A stretch of DNA of 64,000 nt from Azolla caroliniana (lineage: Eukaryota; Plantae; Polypodiophyta), in NCBI GenBank assembly GCA_043228905.1, contig JBHGNT010000049.1:62001-126000 (forward strand), written 5' to 3'. Positions 23,992 through 35,874 of this stretch are shown here, piece by piece. The notes beneath the pieces are model-generated. The model was not told where the DNA came from. It was given only the letters and a program-made list of their open reading frames with translations, and made no database searches. A program made the position numbers and the translations under genes. Position 1 is the first letter of the stretch, and each line of letters begins with the position of its first letter.

Positions 23992-25065
23992 GAAGCGTCG
24001 TGCCCATGCGTCTCCGACCCCCCCCCCCCCCCCCCCCCCCAAGCTTCACTCCGCATGCACGCTTGCAATGACCTTAAAGGTTTTTCATCTCCTCACTCTT
24101 TCGGCGTTGAAACCTTGTCATCTTCACACGTGTCTTGCCTTCGAGCTTCATTCTAAATCATCATTGTCTGCACTCTGAGCTTTCCATTACTATGTAGGTC
24201 AAATGCCTTGGATCAACACGCCCTTTGTAGTATGTGTTATTATCTTGGTTGTGGAGATGTGATTCAGTTGAGTGAAAAGCAATCTTAACTAAGTCAAAGT
24301 AGTGAGAAGGGAATGTTATACAAATTGGCCTGCCTTCTCCCCTTCTTCCCCATTGTAATGTTGTTGATTCATCATGTATTCTCAATGGTAATATACATGT
24401 TTGTCTAGTGCATCCACCATATCACACACACACATATTCTTTCTTTTTTTCCATAAAAAATATCCTCCATTGGTATTAAAATTAAAGTGGCCAAAGCCAA
24501 TATACAAATAGTCTATAATATTTTCCATCTCAACGAGTATAGATAATCTGAGAAAGGACCAAAGGTAAGTGTTATCATCAATCTAAATGTTCATCATCAA
24601 AAGAGATATTGTTCTAGATTTAATCTCAATGTTCATCACTGCTGCCAAGAACAAATACTACTTAAGATGTGTAGGAGAACAATCATCTCTCATTCAACTT
24701 CAATCTTGCCCTTATTATCCAACGAAATTAATCATGTAAGATGTTAAATGCATGAATTCTACCATGTCAACTAATCTAATCTTAAATCACCATCAAGAAG
24801 GAAGAATGCTAGAGCAAGATCACGACGGCGTTTTCCATTAGAACATGTGCATTTTAATGCAACAACCTGTTTTTTCTACTTCGGAAAATCTCGGGTTAGA
24901 AATACATACAAAACTTTATCCTTCTCATCTTTTCTCAACTTAAAGAGACTCATTAAAACATTCTTGTGTTGTAAAGCAAGGTATAGCAGTGCACACACAC
25001 ACATATTCTAAACGTCCTTTGTTGCACCTTAGAACTACCATCCATCTACTTCTCCAAATCTCCAT

Positions 25066-26210
25066 ATGGCACTAGAGGGTGAGGGTGTGATCATCATAGT
25101 TCATCTGCTTCTTCCGTGTTGTGCTTGAAAAGGTTTGGCTTACATGCATTCATGCGGTTGAAAATCGCTACCAAAATATGGCTACATAACTTGTAAAGAA
25201 AGGGAGAAATTGACAATAAGAGATCAAAGCTGAGAAGATGAATAAATAAATGTGTCCTCCTTTCAAGCGAGAAGCTTTACCACAATAATTTCACATGGTG
25301 GAAATACAAGATGCATCAATACCTTGTCAAACACGGATATTGGCAATACATCGAAGACAATATTGAAAACATGCCTAGTATAATTGACATTGACTAGATG
25401 GGATGGCAACAAGGAATGAGCCATGTAATGTATTGTAGCGCAATTTACATACAAGATAACATGCTTGGTTAATCAATGGATTCAAAGATTCCAAAGTATG
25501 GGAAACCTTAAGAAGATCTTTGTTTAAAAGGGCATGCTAATCAATGACTACACCCTAAAGTTCTTGTGTGATGTCCTTGTATCAATTGATGTGTACATTG
25601 GTAAGGAAGAGATGGTAGAAATATGTCTTGGTAGCCCTTCATAATGACTCGACATATTGAGGACCCTTGCCCTCATGAGAGAAAAGTTGGTAGAAGAAAA
25701 CCATGTCAACTTAAAGAGCTCAACCTTTGAAGGCTAAATGTTTAACAAACACATTAGCGGCCACAATTCCTGAAGAGAAAGAAGAATGAGTGATCGGCGA
25801 CACAATGAAGGAGGATGAGATACTTCCAACCACAATATGGGAGTGGACACTCAAGACGAAATCTAAAAAAATGGAGAGTTTCGATGGTGAAGCAAACCAA
25901 AATGTTGGAATTGTGGTGGCCAACCCAACCACATTTAGGATTGTTAGAAGAGGAAAAGTGATGCCACCAACTATTGAAAACTTACTAATTATGTTTATAA
26001 TGAAGCAAAAGGCTAAGCTCATGTTAGCAAGCACAAGAAAGATAAATGATATGTGGTTTGTGGACTCGCACATATCCGATTACTACATGATGAGTCACGA
26101 TGAATGGTTCTAGGATATACCAACAACCAAGTGATTTGACTATGTGGAGATGGTTGATTATACCACACATGTTATCTAAAACATTAGTGATGGCTTGTTC
26201 TGCAACAATG
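25066..26210 (+). pseudogene. Degenerate Ty1/copia gag-protease relic
   Basis: WFVDSHISDYYMMSHDEWF matches copia-A WYVDSGASNHMTSHKEWF; possible decayed Met PBS TGGCACTAGAG near 25067. Confidence 0.6.
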
Positions 26211-26462
26211 ACAAAATTCAGAAGCGGAGTGAAACTTGAACCGAAATGAAAATGAAGTGCAAACGAGCAAATGATTCAATCCTCACCAGGAAAGTGAGCG
26301 GTTGTAACCCCCACCAAAATTGCGAAGGTGAGCGATTGAAATCAATCCTGGCCAAAATCGTGATGCAAAATGTTACCTATAGATGAATGAATAGGGTGGA
26401 ACAATGATGATAATGAAAGACCATGCAAAGTAGTGTTGATGACGATGAAGGTTGGGTGAAGT

Positions 26463-26789
26463 TGTCAAGATTCAAACTCTTGACACAACCATGTTATAAT
26501 CTAGTATTATGAGTTAACCAAGATATCTAGCACATAGTTATGTATATAATTGGTCCTTATTATTTTGCTAGCATCATGTGCTTGGCACATGCATGCATAC
26601 CTACATGCTCTATTGTAGATTCACATGCGTGCAACAAGTATGCATGCCATGTAGTATAAATAGAGGAGTTCACCTTGAAGGAATTCAAGGTGAACAACAC
26701 AAGTTATGGAGTCTTTCCTTTAATACTATCTTCTTTCTTGTCCATTTGGTTATCTTCTTGCTTGTCTCTTGAGCTTATGATCCGTGACA
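26463..26789 (+). repeat. 5' LTR of the chromovirus
   Basis: TGTCA...TGACA; TATAAATA at 26655-26662. Confidence 0.95.
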
Positions 26790-26791
26790 GT

Positions 26792-26802
26792 TTGTTCACC
26801 TT
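26792..26802 (+). other. Self-complementary primer-binding site
   Basis: TTGTTCACCTT is complementary to AAGGTGAACAA at 26687-26697; no TGG tRNA PBS present. Confidence 0.8.
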
Positions 26803-26839
26803 CCCATCCTCATAGCTCTCCCTCTCATAAGCCATAGCT

Positions 26840-27856
26840 ATGTTCGACTCAACTAGTGAGTTAGGCCAAATAATGGTAGCCTTACGACAACTACAACTTG
26901 AAAATGAAGCTCTTCGAAATTCTTTACAAGAACTTCAAGTCGGTACCTCCCTATCCTCACAACCCCCGAACCCTAGTCTCCCACAACAACCTAGCCTCGA
27001 GCCCGATCTTCTACCAACATCTAGCCTAGCTTCGTCACAGTTTCTTGAGCCTAAGGTTAGCCTCCCAGAAAAATTTGATGGAACGAGGTCGCGTTTCTGA
27101 GGGTTCATCAACCAAGTTCGACTTATCATTCGGCTACAACCTCAACGTTATGGAGATGGTCTTCGACAAGTCGGCCTTGTGGGCACCCTTCTCTTCGGTC
27201 CAGCCCAAGCTTGGTTTGAACCATTGGTAGAAACCTCGTCACCTCTATTGGAGGACTTTCCTGCCTTCCTCGCTGAGTTAGAGGCCACATTTGGAGAGAC
27301 GGATTGACGACGTACAACTCTTAACAAGATTTATGCACTCGAACAAGGTTCGCGTGCAGCTTCGGTTTATGCTTCAGAATTTCGACAACTAGCATGCGAC
27401 GTCAATTGGGATGATCAAGCTTTAGCTGATCACTTTCGGCGCGGCCTTCAAAGCAATGTCAAGAATCTTCTCTTAAACTTTCCGGAGCCCACCTCGTTAT
27501 CCCAAGCGATTTCACAAGCAGGCCATTGTGACAATCGTCTTTTCGAATTTCGCCAAGAAGAGCGCCGGACTTGGGTTCCACCTCATTCATTTCCACGCCA
27601 TGCCCCGATCATACAACCCCAAGCATCCTCACACTCGCCTACTTTGGCAGATGCTCATGTCCCCATGGAAATTGATGAAGCCCGATTTCGGCCATTGATT
27701 GATGTTGAACGACAATTTCGGTGGGCTAATGGCTTGTGCATGTATTGTGGCGCCTCCGGTCATGTCGTTCGCCATTGTCCTAGGAGTACTCACCCACAAT
27801 TCCATCGAGCTAACAGACCCCAACATCCGGAAAACGACATTGTTCGGTTGCAGTAG
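26840..27856 (+). pseudogene. gag: Chromovirus gag (two in-frame TGA stops)
   Basis: LPEKFDGTRSRF, PMEID, zinc knuckle CMYCGASGHVVRHC; single frame with stops near 27098 and 27305. Confidence 0.9.
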
Positions 27857-27880
27857 GAGCCATGCAACTGGACATCTCCT
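27829..27880 (+). promoter_or_regulatory. Putative -1 ribosomal frameshift signal (G GAA AAC plus stem-loop/pseudoknot)
   Basis: Heptamer in gag frame; stem 27841-27852 / 27863-27874; pol lies in the -1 frame. Confidence 0.7.
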
Positions 27881-30800
27881 GTCGCCCACATTCTCTTGGT
27901 TCCATTGCCAGACCATCAGGCAATTTCACATTAGAGGTATGGCTTTCGTTTAACTCTAGTTCCATTTAGTCTGTTGCTTTACTTGATTCTGGGGCATCTT
28001 CTTGCTTCATCGACATCGCATTTGCCCAAGCACATGGCGTACCTGTCGTTGGCCTCTCAAAACCCATTCCAGTTGAAGCCATCGACGGGTGCGTCCTCTC
28101 GTCAGGTGCAATTACTCAAGCTACAATCCCATTAGGGCTTCGGGTGGGCTCACACCAAGAGGAGCTCGCCTTTTACCTCATCGCATCTCCTCGACATCCG
28201 ATCATCTTAGGACTAACGTGGTTGGAGGCGCACAATCCAATAGTGGATTGGTGCAACCGCTCGATCACATTTAGCAAACCAAGATGCTCGTGCAAAAGTA
28301 TGAAGGTAAATTCAGTTTCCTATCCTTCGGAGACGGTCGACTCCGAATTGACTACCCCATCATCGGTCCAGGATGGGTTTGTTTGTGGCGCCATTTCTAA
28401 CACACTCTATGTTATTCCCGAAAAATACCAACACTTCTCCGACGTATTTGAAAAATGTAATGCTGATCGTTTGCTTGAACACCGGCTCTATGACTGTCCG
28501 ATTGATCTTCAAGAAGGTGCGTGTCCACCCTTTGGTCCTCTATATGCGTTGTCTGCACCAAAGTTGAAGGCCCTTCGTGTGTATCTCGATGAGAACCTTG
28601 AGAAAGGATTTATTCAACCTTCTAAGTCACCAGCCGGGGCCCCCAGTTTATTTGTGAAGAAGAAGGACGGCTCTCTACGCTTATGCATCGACTACCGAGG
28701 TCTCAACAAACTCACAGTGCGCAACCGCTATCCGCTACCTCTGATCCCCGAACTCCTTGATCGGCTCCGAGTTGCGCGTGTCTTCTCCAAAGTTGATCTG
28801 CGTGGAGCGTACAATCTAGTATGCATCAAGCCGGGGGATGAATGGAAAACCGCATTTCGAACACGGTATGGGCATTTCGAATACAAGGTAATGCCTTTTG
28901 GTCTTACTAACGCTCCCGCAGTTTTTCAACATATGATGAACGATATATTCCGGGAATATCTTGATCTTTTTGTTGTCATTTACCTCGATGATATTCTCAT
29001 TTTCTCGCCAAACATGGAGGAGCACACTCGCCAAGTCCGATTAGTTCTTGCCAAACTTCGCGAGCATGGCCTTTATGCCAAAGGCAAGAAATGCGAGTTC
29101 GACCGTACCTCGATCAAATTTCTGGGCTACATCATCTCGCCCACTGGCATCACCATGGATATGAAGAAGGTCTCTGTCATTCAAGCGTGGGCAACTCCAA
29201 GGCGACTTAAAGATGTGCAATCCTTCCTCGGCTTCGCGAATTTTTACCGTCGCTTCATCAAGGGGTTTTCCACCCTAACACAACCTCTTATCTCTCTCAC
29301 CCATAAAGGCACTCCATTTTTATGGACCTCGGAGGCGCAAAATGCATTCGACTCACTCAAACACGCATTCATCATTGCCCCGGTGCTGCTACATGCCGAC
29401 CCCACAAAACCCTTCCAAGTCGAAACCAATGCCTTTGACTTTGCCACTAGCGCCATCTTATCCCAGGCAGACGACAACAACCTAATGCACCCAGTGGCTT
29501 ACTATTCCCGAAAATTTACGGCATCCGAAATCAATTATCCCATTTACGACAAGGAGCTTGTTGCTATCATTGCTGCCTTTGAAGAATGGCGACCCTACTT
29601 GGCCGGCGCACAACATCGTGTCCAGGTAGTGATTGATCATAAAAATTTAGTTTATTTTTCCACCACTCGTACTTTGAATCGAAGGCAGGCCCGTTGGTCG
29701 ACATTTCTCGCCGACTACGATTTTGAGATCGTATTTCGACCTGGTGGCCAACATGGGAAGGCTGATGCCCTTTCTCGCCGAGCTAACCTTGCACTCCGCC
29801 CTGGGGATGCTGCTTATGCTCAACAATCTAGATGTTTGTTGAAATCCGACCAATTGCATCTTTTTGCCACTTGTATATTGCAGGATGATTCTTTACTCCA
29901 ACAAATCACTGATGCATCGAAGACCGATGCGTTCGCCAACGAGATTCAAGATAGTCTGCAAAACCCCTCCAAGGCGACCAAAAGGAAGGATCTTGACACC
30001 TTCACCATACAAGAGGGTTTGTTGTTCCGAGATAATCTCTTATACGTCCCAGAGGGCCCATGTCGCACCTGGGTGTTGCGGGTGTGCCATGATGACCCAC
30101 TTGCAGGTCATTTTGGGGTCGCGAAAACCCTCAAGCTAATCTCTCGGGGGTATTGGTGGCCACAACCATGGAAGTTGGTCAAAGAATACATAAAGAGTTG
30201 TGAGGTTTGTGCTCGCTCCAAAGCCATTCATCATCGGCCATATGGCTTACTACAACCGCTTCCATGTCCTCGTCGTCCTTGGGCCTCTATCTCTATGGAC
30301 CTGATAACTGATCTACCCTTGGTCAATAGCTATGACTCGGTGTTGGTCGTTGTCGATCGGTTTACGAAGATGGCTCACTTCACTCCATGCTCCAAAACCA
30401 TTTCCAGAGAAGGAATGATGCATCTACTACTCAACAATGTGGTACGCTTGCATGGACTCCCTGATGATGTCATCTCGGATCGCGGACCCCAGTTTGTCTC
30501 TCACTTCTGGCAGCGCCTGCTACAAACTTTAGGCATCTCTGTCAAGTTGTCCTCCACTTATCACCCCCAAACTGACGTGCAAACGGAGTGTGTCAACCAA
30601 ATCCTTGAGCAATATCTTCGGTGCTCGGTTAGTTACCAACAAGATGATTGGGTGAACTTACTTTCGCTCGCGGAATTCGCCTACAATAATTCTCTCCATG
30701 CATCGACTGGCGTCACTCCCTTCTTTGCCAACTATGGTTTACATCCTTGATTCAACATTTCCCTTCCTACCACTTCCGTGAACCCTTCGGCGGAGGATCA

Positions 30801-31402
30801 CGCTCGCATTTTGGAAGAACTACATCATGATTTATCCTTAGAGCTTAGTCTTGCTAGTGAACGATACAAGAAGCAGGCTGATCGCCATCGATCTTCCACT
30901 CCACACTTTGTCGTTGGAGACATTGTTACGTCGACACATCTTTACTACTCGTCCATGTGCAAAACTTGATTACAAGAAGTTGGGACCATTCCGTATCATC
31001 GAGTGCATCAATCCCGTCGCCTTCCAGCTCGCCCTTCCATCCCACTTCCGGATTCATGATGTTTTTCATGTCTCCCTCCTCGAACCCCATTATGCTTCAC
31101 AACTCCCAGGACGTCAGGCCCCACCACCACCACCTGTGCAATTGACGACAGGGGAGGAATACGAGGTCAACCAAATCCTTGACTCGCGTTGGCACCGTCG
31201 ACACTTGCAATACCTCGTCCTATGGAGGGGTTACCCCATGTCTGAGGCCATGTGGGAACCATCGGCAAATTTACAAAATGCCCCAGAGGTCATCCAAGAT
31301 TTTCATCACCGATATCCCCACAAACCAACGGCCGATTTGGGAAGGCGGCGTAGGAGGGGGGATAATGTCAAGATTCGAACTCTTGACACGACCATGTTAT
31401 AA
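27835..31402 (+). pseudogene. pol: Chromovirus pol: protease, RT, RNase H, integrase, chromodomain
   Basis: LLDSGASSCFI, YLDDILIFS, integrase HDDPLAGHFG..CEVC and SDRGPQF, GPF motif, chromodomain EYEVNQILD..YLVLWRGY..WEP; stops at about 27967 and 30748, frameshift near 30925. Confidence 0.95.
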
Positions 31403-31719
31403 TCTAGTATTATGAGTTAACCAAGATATCTAGTACATAGTTATGTATGTAATTGGTCCTTATTATTTTGCTAACATCATGTGCATAGTTGCTCCCTTGT
31501 AGTATTTACACTTGGCACATGCATTCATACCTACATGCTCTATTGTAGATTCACATGCGTGCAACAAGTATGCATGCCATGTAGTATAAATAGAGGAGTT
31601 CACCTTGAAGGAATTCAAGGTGAACAACACCAGTTATGGAATCTTTCCTTTAATACTATCTTCTTTCTTGTCCATTTGGTTATCTTCTTGCTTGTCTCTT
31701 GAGCTTATGATCCATGACA
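31366..31719 (+). repeat. 3' LTR of the chromovirus
   Basis: Repeat of 26463-26789, following the PPT. Confidence 0.95.
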
Positions 31720-32499
31720 GAAGTAGCATTTGATGAAGACAACAAGAGATGCTGAAAATGATGATGTCGAAGACAAGGCAATGAAGACGATGATGATGAG
31801 GAAGCGTCTCTAAAACAAGGATCTTGATTATGGTAACTCTGGAAGGAAGGATTGTGACGATGGTAACTCTAGAAGCAAGGGCGATGAAGATGACGAGTGA
31901 TGCTTCCAGTTGGAGGGGATTCAAACTGTCACAGATACACCAACCGTGGACTTGAACGGAGCAAGGATGATGGGGCTAAGAGCGTGGAACTTAAGAAGCT
32001 GGGAATGACACAAGAGCATGAAAATAGAGAATTTGAAGAAGGAGACAAGATGGAATGAAATGAGAATACTAGATTGATGTATCAATGACTGGTGTTGAAT
32101 CCCCTGAAAGGGACCATGGAGGTTACAAGTATTTATACAAGTTTCGAGATTGAATATCTTTAGAATATACCCATCTAGAATATACCGTACAATATTTCAA
32201 GAATATACTAATGACTAGAATATTCTGATTCTGAAATGTATTATATGCTAGACTATACAATACTAAAGTATTATATACAAATACATACTCATATCAAAAT
32301 GGTCAAGCATGACATTTTGTTAATGTGAGCTTGCAGGTTCAATCCTCACCTACTATGTATTTGATGTCACTGTGTCGTGACAATATTTGACCTCCGAAGA
32401 GGATAATAGAATCGCGACAATATTTGACGTTCGAAGAAGATAATAGAATCTATCTCTTGTCTCATAGACACACATTCTAAACATATTGTTGGCTATGGG

Positions 32500-33900
32500 A
32501 GAACAATTACTATTTAATTATCAAAATCTTCACACGTATCATGACTATCATTGAAAAGTGTAGATTTTTTTTTGTTGAGGTAGCCTCCCAAGTAGAAGAA
32601 AAGAGACGAATGATACCTTGGCATAATGCAATCCTTAAGCTATGTTTTTCTTCTCTCGCACTAAAACAATGATCAGGTTTATTTGTTGAGATATCATGCT
32701 CAACCACACAATCCTTGGGGTAGATTCGTGTGAGTCTATTGTTTTCATAAATTGATTGGATATACCTTGTATTGTATTGATCTAGGAAACTCCGGCATCC
32801 CAACTAAGAAGCTTGATAGAAACAATATGTGTTCACCATCTTGCAAACGTAATCACATGCTTGGCTATGTGCAAAATATTTTTACCAAAGGAGGTGCGGA
32901 CAAATCTAAGCAAGAAAGTTTGCCACTAGCACACAAGCTTCACTCCAAAGAGTGTTGAAGAACATTCACTAATGGGGTATGTCTATCAATGGCTTCACCC
33001 TTTAGATAAAAGCTTTATATGACTCTCTTGTCTCAATTGACTCGTGGGTTGACAAGGAAGGGATAATTATATGTCTTAATGGGTTATCACAACTACTTAT
33101 CATTGTCCATATTCTCCAAGCTACACTGGATGTTGCTCGTTGAAGAGAACTACGATGAAAAAAAAAGTAATATTTCTCAAAGCCAAATGCTTTATTCCCA
33201 CATTTACAATTGTCATGAATGATGGAGAGGAAAAAGATCATTTGATACTATCGGTAGACAAACATGAACGCATGTGGTATGCATATGTATAAGACATAGA
33301 TTTCCAAAATCAACATGGTAATGGAAGATGAAAATTTGGAAGAAGAGGAGTTTCCAAGATAGAGAAACACACAAAAACAATTTGGAATGTTGGTATTGTT
33401 GTAGATACTACCACATCAACATAAACCAACCCATCCATGTGGAGAAGAGTAATGACTCTTTGGAAAGCCATCACACTTAATGCAAAAGAATTGGCTGAAG
33501 CTAATATTTGATCAAGCAAAGCACCAGTCACAATGTACATTATCAACCTAGCAATAGGCATGCTTGATCACTCAACCGATGTGACATCGATTGATGCAAT
33601 AGTGATTTTCTCACGAATGATTTTATTGCCATGGAAAATTTAATCCATTCAATGATTTGTTTGGTCAACATAACATGAATTCGCTTGATTGACAGGAAGT
33701 GTATTTGTTTGATAATGAACTTGTTTGGAATGATATGGAGATCTACTGATATGACAAGATTGCAACGTGCTCAACTGAATTATCAAAAGCCCACTCAAAT
33801 ACATGCTCAACTTGTCATTCAACAAGTTCTTCAATCAACATGGTGGTGATGAAGTGTTGCATTGTTTGACATGATTTTCTTAATCCCTCTAATTGCATCA
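32500..33900 (-). pseudogene. Degenerate LINE RT relic (RTE-like)
   Basis: Minus-strand fragments RLFSSTWEATSTKK (cf. WEASKK) and RENHYCINR (cf. GFR..HSTID). Confidence 0.4.
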
Positions 33901-35480
33901 AAGGCAATGCAAAAGCACGATGAAGATAATTATAGTTTTATCGGAGGGGCTACACAATATCACTTCAAGAATCTACAATCTATACTAAGACAATGAGTTC
34001 AATGTATCAATCATGCAAACACTCTTAGGAAAGAAAACTTAAAAGAAGTAAGCAAGATAATAGCTTTCTCAACCCAAGAAAAGAATATGGTCACCTGGTT
34101 CTAGTATAATATTACATGTATAACACTTCACCTTCATCATGAAGGTAGTGAGTCAGAAATCTTTGGGAAGTGGTTTATGATCCTCAGTGATTGGAGGTTG
34201 TGCATGAGGAAAGAGAGGCTCCCTACAAAATGGAGTCTGAGCTCTTCGCAACTCCACCAAAATTGCATCGGTAACTAGAAAACAAATATCTAGTTGTGAC
34301 AAGATCAACCATTTATAGAGTCAATTGGCCTCCATCCACCTAAATTATTGATCTTAATGGGGAATGCATGTGCTCTAGTAGGAGTACAGAAAGGAAATAA
34401 AAGTTCATGAGTTTATCTTGTATTGAATGAAGTGAATACTTTTGATATACCACTCAGTCTCCCATTACAATAGATTGCTCCAAACTTGTCTTTGGCAATA
34501 TTGTGTATTTTCTACCATACACACACTCTCTCTCATAGACAATCTAATTTCCCTCTGTTACATATGCTCTTTGATAGAATTACTATTTGTGGTCACCATT
34601 ACTCATAGGTTCATTGCCATGTAACGGGTCAATGGCATGTTTTACGCCCCATGATGAGAACAAACCTACAAAGTATGTCCTCGAAAAAAGACATCAACAT
34701 ATGTGCCTAACAACATTCATAAAGATAACAACAGAGAACCCATAACATGAGTAATAGTAGTTTGAAGACACTCATACATCATAAACAAGTCAGAACACAA
34801 TAATGTTTTCTCTTTATGGAGTATGATGCAAAAGATACGAGCTTAATATCAAATAAGAGGTGTGGGATGGCACCCCCCCTTTATTGCCCACAAGATTGAT
34901 ATGGGTTCCATGAGCTATAAACGTGAGTATATGGCCAAGTTAATACAACCATGCATAAATCAAGAAGCATATTGGCAAGATCCATGTGCATGGCTTATGA
35001 TGATGTCCTCGTACATACATCAGGATTATGCTTGACTTGAGTATTGCAACAATCCTTTCAATTGCAGTGCTATGAATAATGACCACATAAGTATGGGTAT
35101 TGGCGGATTCTTCTTATCACAATTTCTTCTCCGAACTATGGTTCATGTGGACAATGAATTCCCCATCATCCACCAAGATATACACACTATACCCAATGGA
35201 TCGTGCCAGGAATATGAGATCGTGATGTGACAAGCCGGTGGGATAGCATGACAAATATGCGCTTCTGACGGAAGAAGTTGTGTCCTCTTCTCTTAACACA
35301 AAGAGAGGCCTATAGTATACATTAAACCCCTAAGCTAAGCCCCTTAGTCACAATGGGAAATCCCATGGTCCAAAACCCATCAAACTAAATTCTGATGCAC
35401 TGAATGTATGAACAAGTTGCAGGGGAACATCGAAAGATCTACATATCAGAGCTTCTAAACTGGCCATGGGAGACAAGAAA

Positions 35481-35492
35481 AAGAAGAAGAAG

Positions 35493-35522
<30 letters not shown>
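35481..35522. repeat. (AAG)14 microsatellite
   Basis: Direct reading. Confidence 0.95.
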
Positions 35523-35524
<2 letters not shown>

Positions 35525-35874
35525 GTAGTACTAGAAAGATAGAGGCAACTTGCAATGGTGTCTTGTTCTTCAAGAAGTGATCATGGCATCAGACTTTGCC
35601 AGAGGTAATCTCTTCTTATGAATACACCCAAACTCACCCAAATAAGATATTCATTACCACTACTTGATAAGGGTCACTTTATCTTGCAACAACTTCTGAT
35701 TCTCCTAGGGTGTGACCTCATGGAATTCATTAATCAACGCACAGGAATCATCAAATTTGGTAAGTTAAAGGCATGCGTTTTTTCCCGTGATGAGAAGACT
35801 GCTCAAGGGTTCTTGGAATTCATTAATCAATAGCAGTATCAAATGCGATAAACTAAAGTACGCATTTATCCTTT

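Larger units (their letters stand above)
26463..31719 (+). mobile_element. Ty3/gypsy chromovirus (Tcn1-like), full length, defective
   Basis: LTRs 26463-26789 and 31366-31719 (about 9 substitutions plus a 27-bp indel); perfect TSD GAAGT; PPT 31352-31365; gag-PR-RT-RH-IN-chromodomain order. Confidence 0.95.
26215..32382 (-). mobile_element. Truncated second copy of the non-autonomous LTR family (5' LTR 31927-32382), split by the chromovirus
   Basis: 26280-26462 joined to 31725-31926 is colinear with 4875-5156; LTR TGTCACAGATACACCAACCG...GTGACA is homologous to 5157-5615. Confidence 0.85.

Noticed and set aside
20677-24040. G19 and C23 runs bracketing the host gene as transposon TIRs
   Set aside because: No inverted similarity beyond the homopolymers and no TSD.
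34620-35352. Possible solo LTR (TGTAAC...GTCACA)
   Set aside because: Flanks TGCCA and ATGGG do not form a TSD and there is no second copy in the window.
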